Positions 1 to 8,564 are shown, numbered from the stretch's first letter. The stretch: 32,000 nucleotides of DNA from Candidatus Lokiarchaeum ossiferum (GCA_025839675.1 CP104013.1:630001-662000), one strand, 5' to 3'. Numbers and translations are program-made. The notes: generated by a model not told the origin, from the letters alone.

Positions 1-1
1 A

Positions 2-601
2 ATCAATTTGTTGGTCTACAATGCTGCCCTTTCTCCTATTGGATCTTTTTTTAATCCTTCTCTGACAACCCACCGGGAAGTAATTAAACTTAATTGTCGA
101 GGTCCAATGGAATGGAGTTATAGATTGATTCCGGATATGTGCAAACGAGGACACGGAGGAGTGATATTAATGTCTTCTCTAACTGCATTTCAAGGTTCTC
201 CCTTTGTTGCGCATTATGGAGCTACGAAAGCATACAACCTTAGTTTAGCAGAAGCATTATGGGATGAATGTCGGGCATTTAATGTTCATGTAATGGCTGT
301 TACAGCCGGAGCAACATCTACACCTAATTTTATAGCAAGTAAACCAAGAATAAATAACATTATAAAGCCCCCCATTCAATCTCCTCAAGAAGTCGCAGAA
401 CAAAGTCTGAATGCCTTACATCGTAATATTCCATTTTTTATTCCGGGCTGGAAAAATCGATTAAGTAGTTTCGTTTTAAGGAAATTATTACCTCGTTCTT
501 GGGCAATTAAACTTATTGGGCAGATGAATCGTAAAATGTATGACCACGAATCTGAAAAAAAAACAATTAGCACAAAAAAAGTGAGGGATCAATTAAACTA
601 A
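2..601 (+). CDS. short-chain dehydrogenase/reductase (SDR), 5'-truncated by the window edge
   Basis: The reading frame is open to the window start; the track entry 8..601 begins at an internal TTG. The translation has NNAG-like LVYNAA and then the SDR catalytic Ser...Tyr-x3-Lys pattern (MSSLTAFQGSPFVAHYGATKAY). The N-terminal Rossmann/TGxxxG part lies outside the window. Confidence 0.8.
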   Translation: MNLLVYNAALSPIGSFFNPSLTTHREVIKLNCRGPMEWSYRLIPDMCKRGHGGVILMSSLTAFQGSPFVAHYGATKAYNLSLAEALWDECRAFNVHVMAVTAGATSTPNFIASKPRINNIIKPPIQSPQEVAEQSLNALHRNIPFFIPGWKNRLSSFVLRKLLPRSWAIKLIGQMNRKMYDHESEKKTISTKKVRDQLN

Positions 602-867
602 GAATAATAAGGTAAAAGAAAGTTTGCCAAGTTAAGGTAGAAAAAAATTCATTGAAAAAACGAATGAGCACTGTAATTTGTTTAATTTAGGGAAATTCTT
701 TTTTTTTTGCTTACTACACCAATGATTATGAAGATTAACACCAAACCTCCAGCAATCCCACCCAAATATTCTATTGGAAGTGGTAATAATCGTTAAAGAA
801 GTACAATATGTTTAAAATAATCTTACAAAGATTTAAATTGTCAAGTTAGCTTTACATAAATAGCAAG

Positions 868-891
868 AAATGTAAAGGAACCTTTACATTT
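868..891. promoter_or_regulatory. 24-bp palindrome (11-bp perfect arms, 2-bp spacer) with a third half-site copy upstream; candidate operator
   Basis: AAATGTAAAGG-AA-CCTTTACATTT occupies 868-891, and a further CTTTACAT copy lies at 850-857. The site is about 95-135 bp upstream of the 986 start codon. Confidence 0.3.
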
Positions 892-985
892 AAGCAAAAA
901 ATGATCCTACCTTTTCTCCACTCTAGCGAACGCTATCGAAGATAGGATCCAGAAAAACTGTAAACCTCACAGGAAAATTACATAA

Positions 986-1438
986 ATGACATATATCCCC
1001 ATAATTGCCCCTATCCTTACTGGGCAAAGTAACCATCGAGGTAGTAAAGCTCGAACCGCCGGAATCATGATGATTTTCATCATGGGAATCATAGCCTTTT
1101 TAGGATTCTATTTGTTTAGAATGAACTCTACAGGAAGAACTTTTTCAATTTCCTTCGAACCCGTAATCATGATCTTACTTTTTGTTATCATGGGAGTTGT
1201 AATAGTTACCACAATGATATATAAAGCGGAAATGAATTCAAAGAATTCAGTTAATACACAAAGACCAATGGATACGCATGAAATTCGTCTCTCCAGTCAC
1301 CCAACATTCCAGCAAAAATCTAATGTGATTTTAAATTGTCCCGCCTGCCAGAATTCCTTGGATGAAATGGCGCTTGAAGGATTACTCGAAAATAAAGTAG
1401 TTTATTGTCAATTTTGCGGGGAGAAAATCCACCGATAA
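986..1438 (+). CDS. small membrane protein with C-terminal zinc ribbon
   Basis: 150-aa ORF with two clear hydrophobic helices (GIMMIFIMGIIAFLGFYLF; IMILLFVIMGVVIVTTMIY). It ends in a CxxC...CxxC ribbon (CPACQNS...CQFCGEK). No family recognised. Confidence 0.6.
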   Translation: MTYIPIIAPILTGQSNHRGSKARTAGIMMIFIMGIIAFLGFYLFRMNSTGRTFSISFEPVIMILLFVIMGVVIVTTMIYKAEMNSKNSVNTQRPMDTHEIRLSSHPTFQQKSNVILNCPACQNSLDEMALEGLLENKVVYCQFCGEKIHR

Positions 1439-1538
1439 TTTTTTATTCACTGAAAAGAAAGGAACTGCAGATTTGCGAGATTGCTTCTAACTTCAAAAAA
1501 TAACAAATCATAATAAATATCAAAAGGAATATAAAATA

Positions 1539-2363
1539 ATGGGACACACATTTGAACCGGTTATTGGCACTTTGGAATCCAGCTATGTGAAGAAACAGCT
1601 CATTGCAACAACCTTGGCAATGGCGATAATCAACTTATCGATCATTATTATGGGTTGGGTCATGCAATTAGTATTAGCTGAACAAACCCCTAATGGCTTA
1701 TGGACAGTAATTCTTCTGATTGTTGCTGCTCTATTTATCATACCGGTATATCTGGCCTATCTTTTTGGAAATATTTATATAAAAAACTTTTCCTATGAAA
1801 TCTCCGAACAGTTTATCGTGATCAAGCGCGGAGTTTTTGCACGGACGAAGACATCTATTCCATTTAGCAGAGTTCAAAATGTTAATGTTCATCAAAGTTT
1901 GTTAGATAGATGGTTAAATTTATTTACAATCAAAATTGAAACGGCAGGAGCGGTTAGCTTGGAATCGAACGCCCTATCGGAAGGATACATCCCTGCTTTA
2001 AGTGATCCAACCAAAATTGAAGCCACCATCAATAAATTGATTCATCAATATACGCAAGATGTACCCGAAAAAGTGCAGGATAAAATATTCACAGATAATA
2101 ACTTAGCATTCGACGAATTTATCGCATATATTTTAGCCAAAATGACGGAGGGAGATGAGATCAAGACTAGAATTAGAGAATTACGCAAAGAAAACAACAT
2201 GAGTCAAGTTGATCTGGCGGATGCTCTTGGAGTATCTCGTCAAACTATAAGTTCCTTAGAAACTGGAAAGTATATGCCTTCGTTGAAATTGGCAATGAAA
2301 ATTTCACGAGTGTTTAAGATCCCAATAGAAGAAATTTTTGAAATGGAAGATGAGGAAGAATAA
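1539..2363 (+). CDS. membrane-anchored bPH (YdbS/YdbT-like) domain protein fused to a C-terminal XRE/Cro-type HTH
   Basis: A two-helix hydrophobic hairpin is followed by a bacterial-PH-like block (FIVIKRGVFARTKTSIPFSRVQNVNVHQSLLDRWLNLFTIKIETAG). The C-terminus is a textbook XRE HTH (MSQVDLADALGVSRQTISSLETGKYMPSLKLAMKISRVFKIPIEEIF). Confidence 0.75.
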   Translation: MGHTFEPVIGTLESSYVKKQLIATTLAMAIINLSIIIMGWVMQLVLAEQTPNGLWTVILLIVAALFIIPVYLAYLFGNIYIKNFSYEISEQFIVIKRGVFARTKTSIPFSRVQNVNVHQSLLDRWLNLFTIKIETAGAVSLESNALSEGYIPALSDPTKIEATINKLIHQYTQDVPEKVQDKIFTDNNLAFDEFIAYILAKMTEGDEIKTRIRELRKENNMSQVDLADALGVSRQTISSLETGKYMPSLKLAMKISRVFKIPIEEIFEMEDEEE

Positions 2364-2407
2364 TTCAAAATAACAGAAATTATATTCAAAAATTCAAGTT
2401 CCATTTC

Positions 2408-2415
2408 TTTTTTTT
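2408..2415 (+). terminator. oligo-T tract (T8) downstream of the 1539..2363 gene
   Basis: A T8 run lies 45 nt after the stop codon. Archaeal RNA polymerase is known to terminate at oligo-dT tracts. Confidence 0.35.
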
Positions 2416-2515
2416 AACATTCTAATCAACCACGATTAGATTCCCACCCCCCAAAAAGCAATTGTGAAGAGTTTCACGGTCCATATAACCAAAATTCAAA
2501 TTTCACAGAAATTTA

Positions 2516-2612
2516 AGAAAAGACAGTAGTGATTCCGAAGTGATATTTAGGAACCGGGTCAAGCCAGATTCAAACGCTTGATTTCTCACAAGAGATCATT
2601 ACTGTCTTTTTT
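2516..2612 (+). other. long imperfect inverted repeat / candidate structured RNA element (17-19 bp outer stem, nested 6-bp hairpin, 3' U-run)
   Basis: AAAAGACAGTAGTGAT (2518-2533) pairs with ATCATTACTGTCTTTT (2595-2610); position 2529/2599 is a G.U pair. G.U/U.G extensions at 2517/2611 and 2534/2594 work only on a + strand transcript. An inner hairpin TCAAGC (2559-2564)/GCTTGA (2576-2581) has an 11-nt loop. The element is locally GC-richer than its flanks and sits 70 nt upstream of the ABC ATPase start. Confidence 0.35.
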
Positions 2613-2680
2613 CCATTTCAGTGGATTTTGGGTGGAACCATTCCCATTTGTACAAAAAAACCAACTAGGAAAATAAAATC

Positions 2681-3493
2681 ATGGCAAAAATCGAGAATGA
2701 ATCAATTCAGGTTTTAAATGTTGAGCAGCTTTCAAAAAGCTTTGAAAATGTGCATGCAGTAAACGATGTTTCCTTTCATATTAAGAAAGGTGAAGTATAT
2801 GGACTTTTAGGTCCAAATGGAGCTGGAAAAACGACTACGATAAAACAAATATTAGGTTTGTTAACACCGGATAATGGAAATATTAACATTTTGGGGTTAC
2901 ATCCCGAACGTGATGAAATCGAGGTGAAAAAACGCATTGGCTATATTGCCGAAGAGCCTTTGATCTATAAATCACTCACTCCCAAAGAATTATTCAACTT
3001 CATTGCAAGCATCAGGAGGATTACCGACCCGAAAATTACAGAACGATTGGCCCAATATTTGGACAGTTTAGGAGCAATTGAATATTACGAACGACTTATT
3101 TCAACCCTTTCCCGGGGAAATAAACAAAAAATTCAGATAATTGCAGCGTTCTTACATAACCCAGACCTTTTGATTATGGATGAACCCTTAGCAGGATTAG
3201 ATGCTAAATCTGTAAAAGTGGTTAAAGAAATGGTGGAATTACACACCCAAAGAGGAGGAGCGGTCCTATTCTCAACTCACATCATGGAAGTTGCAGAAGA
3301 TTTGTGTGATCGAATTGGTATTATTTCCCAAGGTAAACTACTGGCAGAAGGTACAATTCAAGACTTGCGTGATCATACGAATATGATAGATGATACATTA
3401 GATCTGGAAGATATTTTCTTAAGGATCACCGAACAAGATGAATCAGTTAATCTCATTATTGACCAATTACGAAAAACGATGCAAGCAGCATAA
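2681..3493 (+). CDS. ABC transporter ATP-binding protein (ABC-2/exporter type)
   Basis: Walker A GPNGAGKTT, degenerate signature LSRGNKQK, Walker B LLIMDEPLAGLD, H-loop FSTHIM. Confidence 0.9.
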   Translation: MAKIENESIQVLNVEQLSKSFENVHAVNDVSFHIKKGEVYGLLGPNGAGKTTTIKQILGLLTPDNGNINILGLHPERDEIEVKKRIGYIAEEPLIYKSLTPKELFNFIASIRRITDPKITERLAQYLDSLGAIEYYERLISTLSRGNKQKIQIIAAFLHNPDLLIMDEPLAGLDAKSVKVVKEMVELHTQRGGAVLFSTHIMEVAEDLCDRIGIISQGKLLAEGTIQDLRDHTNMIDDTLDLEDIFLRITEQDESVNLIIDQLRKTMQAA

Positions 3494-3512
3494 TTTTAAA
3501 AACAAAACCAAG

Positions 3513-5213
3513 ATGAAAACAATGAACACACAAGAATTATTTCATTTATCGAAGTATGTTTACCAAGAAGCTTGGATGGAATCACAATTAGCCATGGCAG
3601 GTTCGGGACAAGAACGTTTGTTAGAAAAAATGTCTGCAGATAAATCCTATATGAAAGGACAAGGATTTATCTTGAAATTCATGGTAGTTATGTATCTGGC
3701 CATTATGATTATTTTTCCGATTATGACATTCAGCAATATTCAAATTGCATTATCCCAAGGAATTTCGGAGACATGGGTGATTTTTGCGGGAAGTATGATA
3801 CTTGCCTCCTTTCTATTAATGCAAATTTTATTGTTAGTGTCCCTATCACTTATGTTTTCTTCTGGTATTTTAACGGGAGAAGCTTTTCGATGGCTTGCGA
3901 CCTTGCCATTAGAAAAGAAGCACATGAGTAAAATCAGTATTTTTGCCTTTTTCCGCGGATTGGATTATCAAATTTATACTATGATATTAGTCTTGCCCAT
4001 TGGAGTAGCTATAGGGACACAAAGCATATTATTGACCTTCTGTGCGTTGATTCTGTCAGTGGTCAATATCATTCTTGCCTTTACCGTTCTGGTACATGTT
4101 GGGGAAAAAGTGAGTAATGTACTAACCAACCGAGAAGCCAACACCAAAAAAAATAATTTAATTCGGATTGGAGTTATTTTTGGATATGCTGGAGGATCTT
4201 TGATAATTATAATGGCGATTATGCTATCCATAGAGTTAATTCCACAATTTTTCTATCCGACAATTATTCCTTTTGATGCTTCAATGCTCAACACATATTT
4301 GGGAATTATCCCTTTTCCATTAAATGGAGGATATGTATTGATACAACTATTCATGCAAAGTACAAATTTAGCTTCAACCCCACTTAGTTCACTTGAAATT
4401 GTATTGATTGGAACAGGATTTGTCATTTTGGTACTAATAATTGGAATTTCCTTCAGAAGTGCTTTGATAAAATTAGAGAGAATTGGTAGATATGCATCCA
4501 ATTCGTTTTCCGGTGAGCAAAGTTCTACTAAAAGGGAAAATATTGAAGTTCAGACGGTATCTCCAATAACCGCCCATTTTAGAAAAGATAAGCAAATGGC
4601 ATTAAGAGATATTCAAGCAATGACATTTATCATCATACCTCTAATTCTTTCAATTTTTGGTGGTATTTTTGGGATGGATTATATCATAATGTCCACATTT
4701 TATATCGTTTTTAGCATATTGCGGACCGATGGTAATGGAGCAACCATCATCGCTTCCTTACCAATAGTACCTCGAGAACAAGCTAAGGCTAAATTGAAGT
4801 GGGTATTTACGGTCTTACCTATCTGCACATTAATATTTACGATTTCCGCGTCTCTGTTCAACATTGATGATAGAAGTTCCGTAGATTCCATCTTAATTGG
4901 ATTGATATCACTTCCTATCGGCCCAGTTTTAGGGACATTGTTGTTTGAATATAAAGTAAGAGTCTTTGGCAAAATGAAATACCGATATTCCTTAGAAGAA
5001 CGAAATAAAGATTGGATTGTCATCAAATGGGGTATAGTTATTTTGATTGGATTAGTGTTACATTTCATTATTTTAATGGGAATGGATGAACTTCTTTCAA
5101 GTCAAGGGACTGGAGGAATAGCGGTGTATTTTCTACCTATTGAAACAATTTGCGGAATTCTTGGATATATAATCTTTAATCGAATGTTTCCAAAGCCAAA
5201 AATCTATGATTAA
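3513..5213 (+). CDS. large polytopic membrane protein, putative permease partner of the preceding ABC ATPase
   Basis: The ORF is hydrophobic throughout, with at least 10 predicted helices by eye. The ATG at 3513 (MKTMNTQELF) lies 20 nt after the ATPase stop; the track start at 3438 would overlap the ATPase by 56 nt. No family motif recognised. Confidence 0.7.
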   Translation: MKTMNTQELFHLSKYVYQEAWMESQLAMAGSGQERLLEKMSADKSYMKGQGFILKFMVVMYLAIMIIFPIMTFSNIQIALSQGISETWVIFAGSMILASFLLMQILLLVSLSLMFSSGILTGEAFRWLATLPLEKKHMSKISIFAFFRGLDYQIYTMILVLPIGVAIGTQSILLTFCALILSVVNIILAFTVLVHVGEKVSNVLTNREANTKKNNLIRIGVIFGYAGGSLIIIMAIMLSIELIPQFFYPTIIPFDASMLNTYLGIIPFPLNGGYVLIQLFMQSTNLASTPLSSLEIVLIGTGFVILVLIIGISFRSALIKLERIGRYASNSFSGEQSSTKRENIEVQTVSPITAHFRKDKQMALRDIQAMTFIIIPLILSIFGGIFGMDYIIMSTFYIVFSILRTDGNGATIIASLPIVPREQAKAKLKWVFTVLPICTLIFTISASLFNIDDRSSVDSILIGLISLPIGPVLGTLLFEYKVRVFGKMKYRYSLEERNKDWIVIKWGIVILIGLVLHFIILMGMDELLSSQGTGGIAVYFLPIETICGILGYIIFNRMFPKPKIYD

Positions 5214-5223
5214 TTTTTTTTTT
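5214..5223 (+). terminator. oligo-T tract (T10) immediately after the permease stop codon
   Basis: A T10 run begins at the base after TAA (5211-5213). Oligo-dT termination is established for archaeal RNAP. Confidence 0.4.
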
Positions 5224-5249
5224 CAGAAAAAAAAAATGGAGCAATTAAA

Positions 5250-5429
5250 ATGAAAACAAAAACCCACTCAATCGGAGATATATCAGCTTATGTCGATTCC
5301 TCGACACCAACGACCGAGCAAGATTTGCAAATGCAAAAGAAGCAAAAACAAAAGAAGTTATTTCGAGCCTTTCTGCTAATTATTGTTGCAGGACAATTGG
5401 TTTTTTTAATTCTCTTGAAATTTTTCTAA
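5250..5429 (+). CDS. possible 59-aa tail-anchored small membrane protein (below the ORF-track length cutoff)
   Basis: I translated this by hand: MKTKTHSIGDISAYVDSSTPTTEQDLQMQKKQKQKKLFRAFLLIIVAGQLVFLILLKFF*. It has a polar N-terminus, a basic patch and one C-terminal hydrophobic helix. It fills an otherwise empty 260-bp gap between the two ABC systems on the same strand. Confidence 0.3.
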   Translation: MKTKTHSIGDISAYVDSSTPTTEQDLQMQKKQKQKKLFRAFLLIIVAGQLVFLILLKFF

Positions 5430-5485
5430 GACAATTAATGCAACACCAAAATTTTTTTATTCCCACATCTTAGTTGAGTATAAGC

Positions 5486-6526
5486 ATGAATCAGAATGAA
5501 TCGAAAAAGGAAGTTTTAATCGAGTTTAAACACCTCACCAAGAAATTTGGTCATTTTACGGCAGTAAATGATTTATCCCTACAAATATTTCAAGGGGAAG
5601 TTCTGGGATTTTTAGGACCGAATGGTGCCGGAAAATCTACCGCTATGAAAATGATGGCAAATCTATTAAATCCTACTTCAGGGGAAGTATGGGTTAATTA
5701 TAACCACAAACTGGAAAAATTGACCAAATATAATCAGGATTATCTTTTAGATAACATTGGATTTTTAATTGAAAATCCAGCGTTTTACGAGAATAATACC
5801 CCCCGACAAGTTTTAACCCTTTTTGCAAAATTAAAGGGATATCCGCGAAATAAAATTCATGAACGCGTAGAAGAGGTGGTGCAAATGATTGGAATGGGAC
5901 AATGGATCGATAACAAATTAGGAACATTTTCTAAAGGGATGCGTCAAAAAATTGGTATAGTCTCTGCAGTGGTCCACGATCCAGCAATTATTGTCTTAGA
6001 TGAACCCCATACGGGATTGGATCCAAAAGCACGCCGCGAAGTTCGAGATTTCCTTTTAAAATTAAAAAATTTAAATAAAACGGTGTTTCTCTCAAGTCAT
6101 CTTCTCTATGAAGTATCGGAAGTCGCAGATCGAATCGCTATAATTTCCCATGGAATACTCGTGGCATGCGATTCTTTGGATAATTTGGAAGAAGAAGCAA
6201 AACGCAGTGTCATTGATTTAGAAATGATTGGATGGGAGAATCCAGGGGAGACGATTATAAAGCTGAAAGAAACGGTTGGCCAATTTCTAAGCGGCCCCAT
6301 CTATTATAATAGGGATCAGAAAATATTTGAATTACAATTCGATGGATCCCAAGAAAAACAATATGAAATGCTCCATAAACTGATTTCTGCTGGCATCAAA
6401 GTTATTGAATATAGTGTTCCTAAAGCAGGGTTATTGGAAGATTTATATTTAAAGTATGTTTCTGAAAGCGATAAAACTTTCAAACAATTTCAGAAAAAAG
6501 CGGTGAAGGTGGAGTCAATACTTTAG
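5486..6526 (+). CDS. ABC transporter ATP-binding protein with about 110-aa C-terminal extension
   Basis: Walker A GPNGAGKST, signature variant FSKGMRQK, Walker B IIVLDEPHTGLD, H-loop LSSHLL. The ATG at 5486 is preferred over the TTG at 5474. Confidence 0.9.
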   Translation: MNQNESKKEVLIEFKHLTKKFGHFTAVNDLSLQIFQGEVLGFLGPNGAGKSTAMKMMANLLNPTSGEVWVNYNHKLEKLTKYNQDYLLDNIGFLIENPAFYENNTPRQVLTLFAKLKGYPRNKIHERVEEVVQMIGMGQWIDNKLGTFSKGMRQKIGIVSAVVHDPAIIVLDEPHTGLDPKARREVRDFLLKLKNLNKTVFLSSHLLYEVSEVADRIAIISHGILVACDSLDNLEEEAKRSVIDLEMIGWENPGETIIKLKETVGQFLSGPIYYNRDQKIFELQFDGSQEKQYEMLHKLISAGIKVIEYSVPKAGLLEDLYLKYVSESDKTFKQFQKKAVKVESIL

Positions 6527-6539
6527 GAGGTCAATAAAA

Positions 6540-7433
6540 ATGAGCACAACAATTGAATCACATAAGACATTGGAACAACAACAAAAAAGATTGGGATTGA
6601 AGCGCAGCGTCCAACAAGTGTATGATATTGGAACTTTTGAATTCATCCGGAGTTTTAAGAAAACGCTAATTCTACTTGGAGTTGCATTGGTGATGTTCAT
6701 AATGTTCTTCATCATCGAAGAGGCTCCATTAAGAAGGGGGGAAGAATTGTCGGAAGATCCTTACCCATATTTTATCAATTTTCTTGGAATGATAAGTATG
6801 ATTATTTTAATCTGCGCGACTGCCTACGGAGGATCATTATTAGTGATAGATTTTGAAAAACAAACCGGAAACATCCTATTTCCAAAAATTAGCCGCAATA
6901 AAATGTTTTTCGGACGATTTCTTGCAAATTACATTATGAATGGGGGAATAGTGATCTTTTATTATTTATTAGTCGCGTTTGCAACGCTCTACCATTATCA
7001 ATTTGTTCCATCTTCCTTATGGGCAAGTATGGGTTGGGCATTGTTATATACTTTAGCAGTACTATCATTTATTACGTTTTTTAGTTCTTTTATGAAAAGC
7101 ACAGCAATGGTAGTAGTTTTCTCCTTAATATTCCTCTTAATTCTCTTTTCGATAATAGAATCGATCCTTTCACTCTTTACTACGGTGGAACCTTTGTTTT
7201 TATTGACCTACTATTCGCGAATAATCACACAATGTTTCAATATGCCCCTTGAAGATGAACGAGTTTCCACTATCCCGTTAATTACAGGAGAAGAAACAGG
7301 ATTAGATACTGATTTTGCTATGACTCTCTGGTCTACCCCAAGCCATCAAGGAGCGCTATTTGGAATGTTAATTTATTCGGCAGTATTTATTTTCTTCTCT
7401 TTTGTTTTCTTTCGAAGAAGGGAGTTAAAATAA
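6540..7433 (+). CDS. ABC-2-type transporter permease (6-TM class)
   Basis: The start lies 13 nt after the ATPase stop and is preceded by AGGAGG (6524-6529). The ORF has one N-terminal TM, a loop, then five further hydrophobic helices, which is typical ABC-2 permease topology. Confidence 0.7.
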   Translation: MSTTIESHKTLEQQQKRLGLKRSVQQVYDIGTFEFIRSFKKTLILLGVALVMFIMFFIIEEAPLRRGEELSEDPYPYFINFLGMISMIILICATAYGGSLLVIDFEKQTGNILFPKISRNKMFFGRFLANYIMNGGIVIFYYLLVAFATLYHYQFVPSSLWASMGWALLYTLAVLSFITFFSSFMKSTAMVVVFSLIFLLILFSIIESILSLFTTVEPLFLLTYYSRIITQCFNMPLEDERVSTIPLITGEETGLDTDFAMTLWSTPSHQGALFGMLIYSAVFIFFSFVFFRRRELK

Positions 7434-7442
7434 AGGATATCG

Positions 7443-7449
7443 TTTTTTT
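7443..7449 (+). terminator. oligo-T tract (T7) after the ABC-2 permease
   Basis: A T7 run lies 10 nt after the stop at the end of the + strand gene block, followed by a convergent gene. Confidence 0.4.
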
Positions 7450-7620
7450 CTGAGGTGACCTATTCATCTCACTTCTTTTTTAAAATGATAAAAATTCAAA
7501 AAACTTCCATGTAAAAAAAGATCATAAAGGACCGCGATTCAGTTATAATGAAAAAATTTTTAGTGAAATAGTTGGATTGTCAAATAAATTTGTAGTTATT
7601 GACAAGGCTACTTCAAAAAA

Positions 7621-8352
7621 TCATACTTTTTTATTTTCTACTAATGAATATCTATAGAGATCCTTTCCAAGAAAAATATACCAGCCGAAATAAAATATGC
7701 CTGCTACGATCATAATGTAGCTACTTAAAGTAGGTGTGAAAAGATGCAGTAAATGTTGAATTAAATCAAGGCCGTTTGCCAAAATTCCTAAAATGATAGT
7801 CGAATTTGAAAACAATTCATTCTTGTGCATTCTAATATGAAATAATAGAAATCCACCTTGCAGGAAAATTCCTGATACTAACCAAGCAGTCCCATTCCAT
7901 TCATTCATTGCAAGAACAGCTTCCCCTGCGGCAATATATTTACTTCTGATCATATCGTCAACAGTATTGTTGTACTTATCACTCAAATCTATTAATGATA
8001 ATGCCCCGTTATTTGTTACGGCTATTACAACTCCCATTAGAATAAGTATTAATAGGAAAAGTGATATTGCGGGGTCTTTTTTTTTCATAACTGCATATAT
8101 ACCAAATGATACTGGTGCCATTAGTAATATGATAATCAAGCTTTGAAAATCTAATCGTAAAATTGCCTCAAATCTATTGGTTTCTAACATTTCAAAGACT
8201 TCTTCAATAGTTTCAGGAAGGATTCCAACAACTATTGCAAAAATCATAATGAATATCGCACATAATAGCTGAGAATATACTGAGATTGAAGCAATTTTAC
8301 AAGTAATCTTCCAATCTTCATCAACAATCTGGGAATTGGTATTAGAACTCAT
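7621..8352 (-). CDS. polytopic membrane protein, unknown function
   Basis: 243-aa ORF with about 6 hydrophobic helices. It has clean intergenic flanks on both sides. No catalytic motif recognised. Confidence 0.6.
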   Translation of the reverse strand: MSSNTNSQIVDEDWKITCKIASISVYSQLLCAIFIMIFAIVVGILPETIEEVFEMLETNRFEAILRLDFQSLIIILLMAPVSFGIYAVMKKKDPAISLFLLILILMGVVIAVTNNGALSLIDLSDKYNNTVDDMIRSKYIAAGEAVLAMNEWNGTAWLVSGIFLQGGFLLFHIRMHKNELFSNSTIILGILANGLDLIQHLLHLFTPTLSSYIMIVAGIFYFGWYIFLGKDLYRYSLVENKKV

Positions 8353-8564
8353 TTTTTTTTACCTTTTTTTTTCTTTGTAATCTTACTTAAAAAAACTGAC
8401 ATATTCGTGTTTTCATAGCGAGCACCTAATTTACTATCTAAAACAGAAATTTGATTCTCGCAGTTCGTTCCTATAAATTGCGGGAAAGCTTAGAATTAAT
8501 GATCCATTTTCAACCTTATTTTCTTTTCTTCTTAATTCATTCGTTATATGACTTGATTTTCTTT

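Noticed and set aside
692-790. Minus-strand stretch encoding a C-terminal-anchor-like peptide (…PLPIEYLGGIAGGLVLIFIIIGVVSKKKRISLN*)
   Set aside because: The frame is closed by a stop only 3 codons upstream of the Pro-Leu-Pro and has no ATG. The sequence further upstream on that strand is full of stops in all frames. It is possibly a decayed gene remnant, but this cannot be supported.
3438-3512. Upstream extension of the 591-aa permease ORF (start at 3438)
   Set aside because: It would overlap the preceding ATPase gene by 56 nt and encodes a non-hydrophobic, K/N-rich leader. The ATG at 3513, just after the ATPase stop, is the more plausible start.
3740-5068. Four minus-strand ORFs (61-122 aa) inside the 3513..5213 permease gene
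   Set aside because: These are antisense shadow ORFs fully nested in a long, well-supported hydrophobic gene. They are typical of AT-rich sequence, and no motifs were seen.
7577-7605. TTGTCAA-N15-TTGACAA inverted repeat, plus recurrence of TTGTCAA(G) at 838-848, 18205 and in the 19371 repeat, as a possible shared regulatory motif
   Set aside because: A 7-mer of this composition is expected several times by chance in 64 kb of AT-rich two-strand sequence by my rough estimate. The single shared 10-mer (TTGTCAAGTT) is only marginally unexpected. The 7-bp stem at 7577-7605 is weak.
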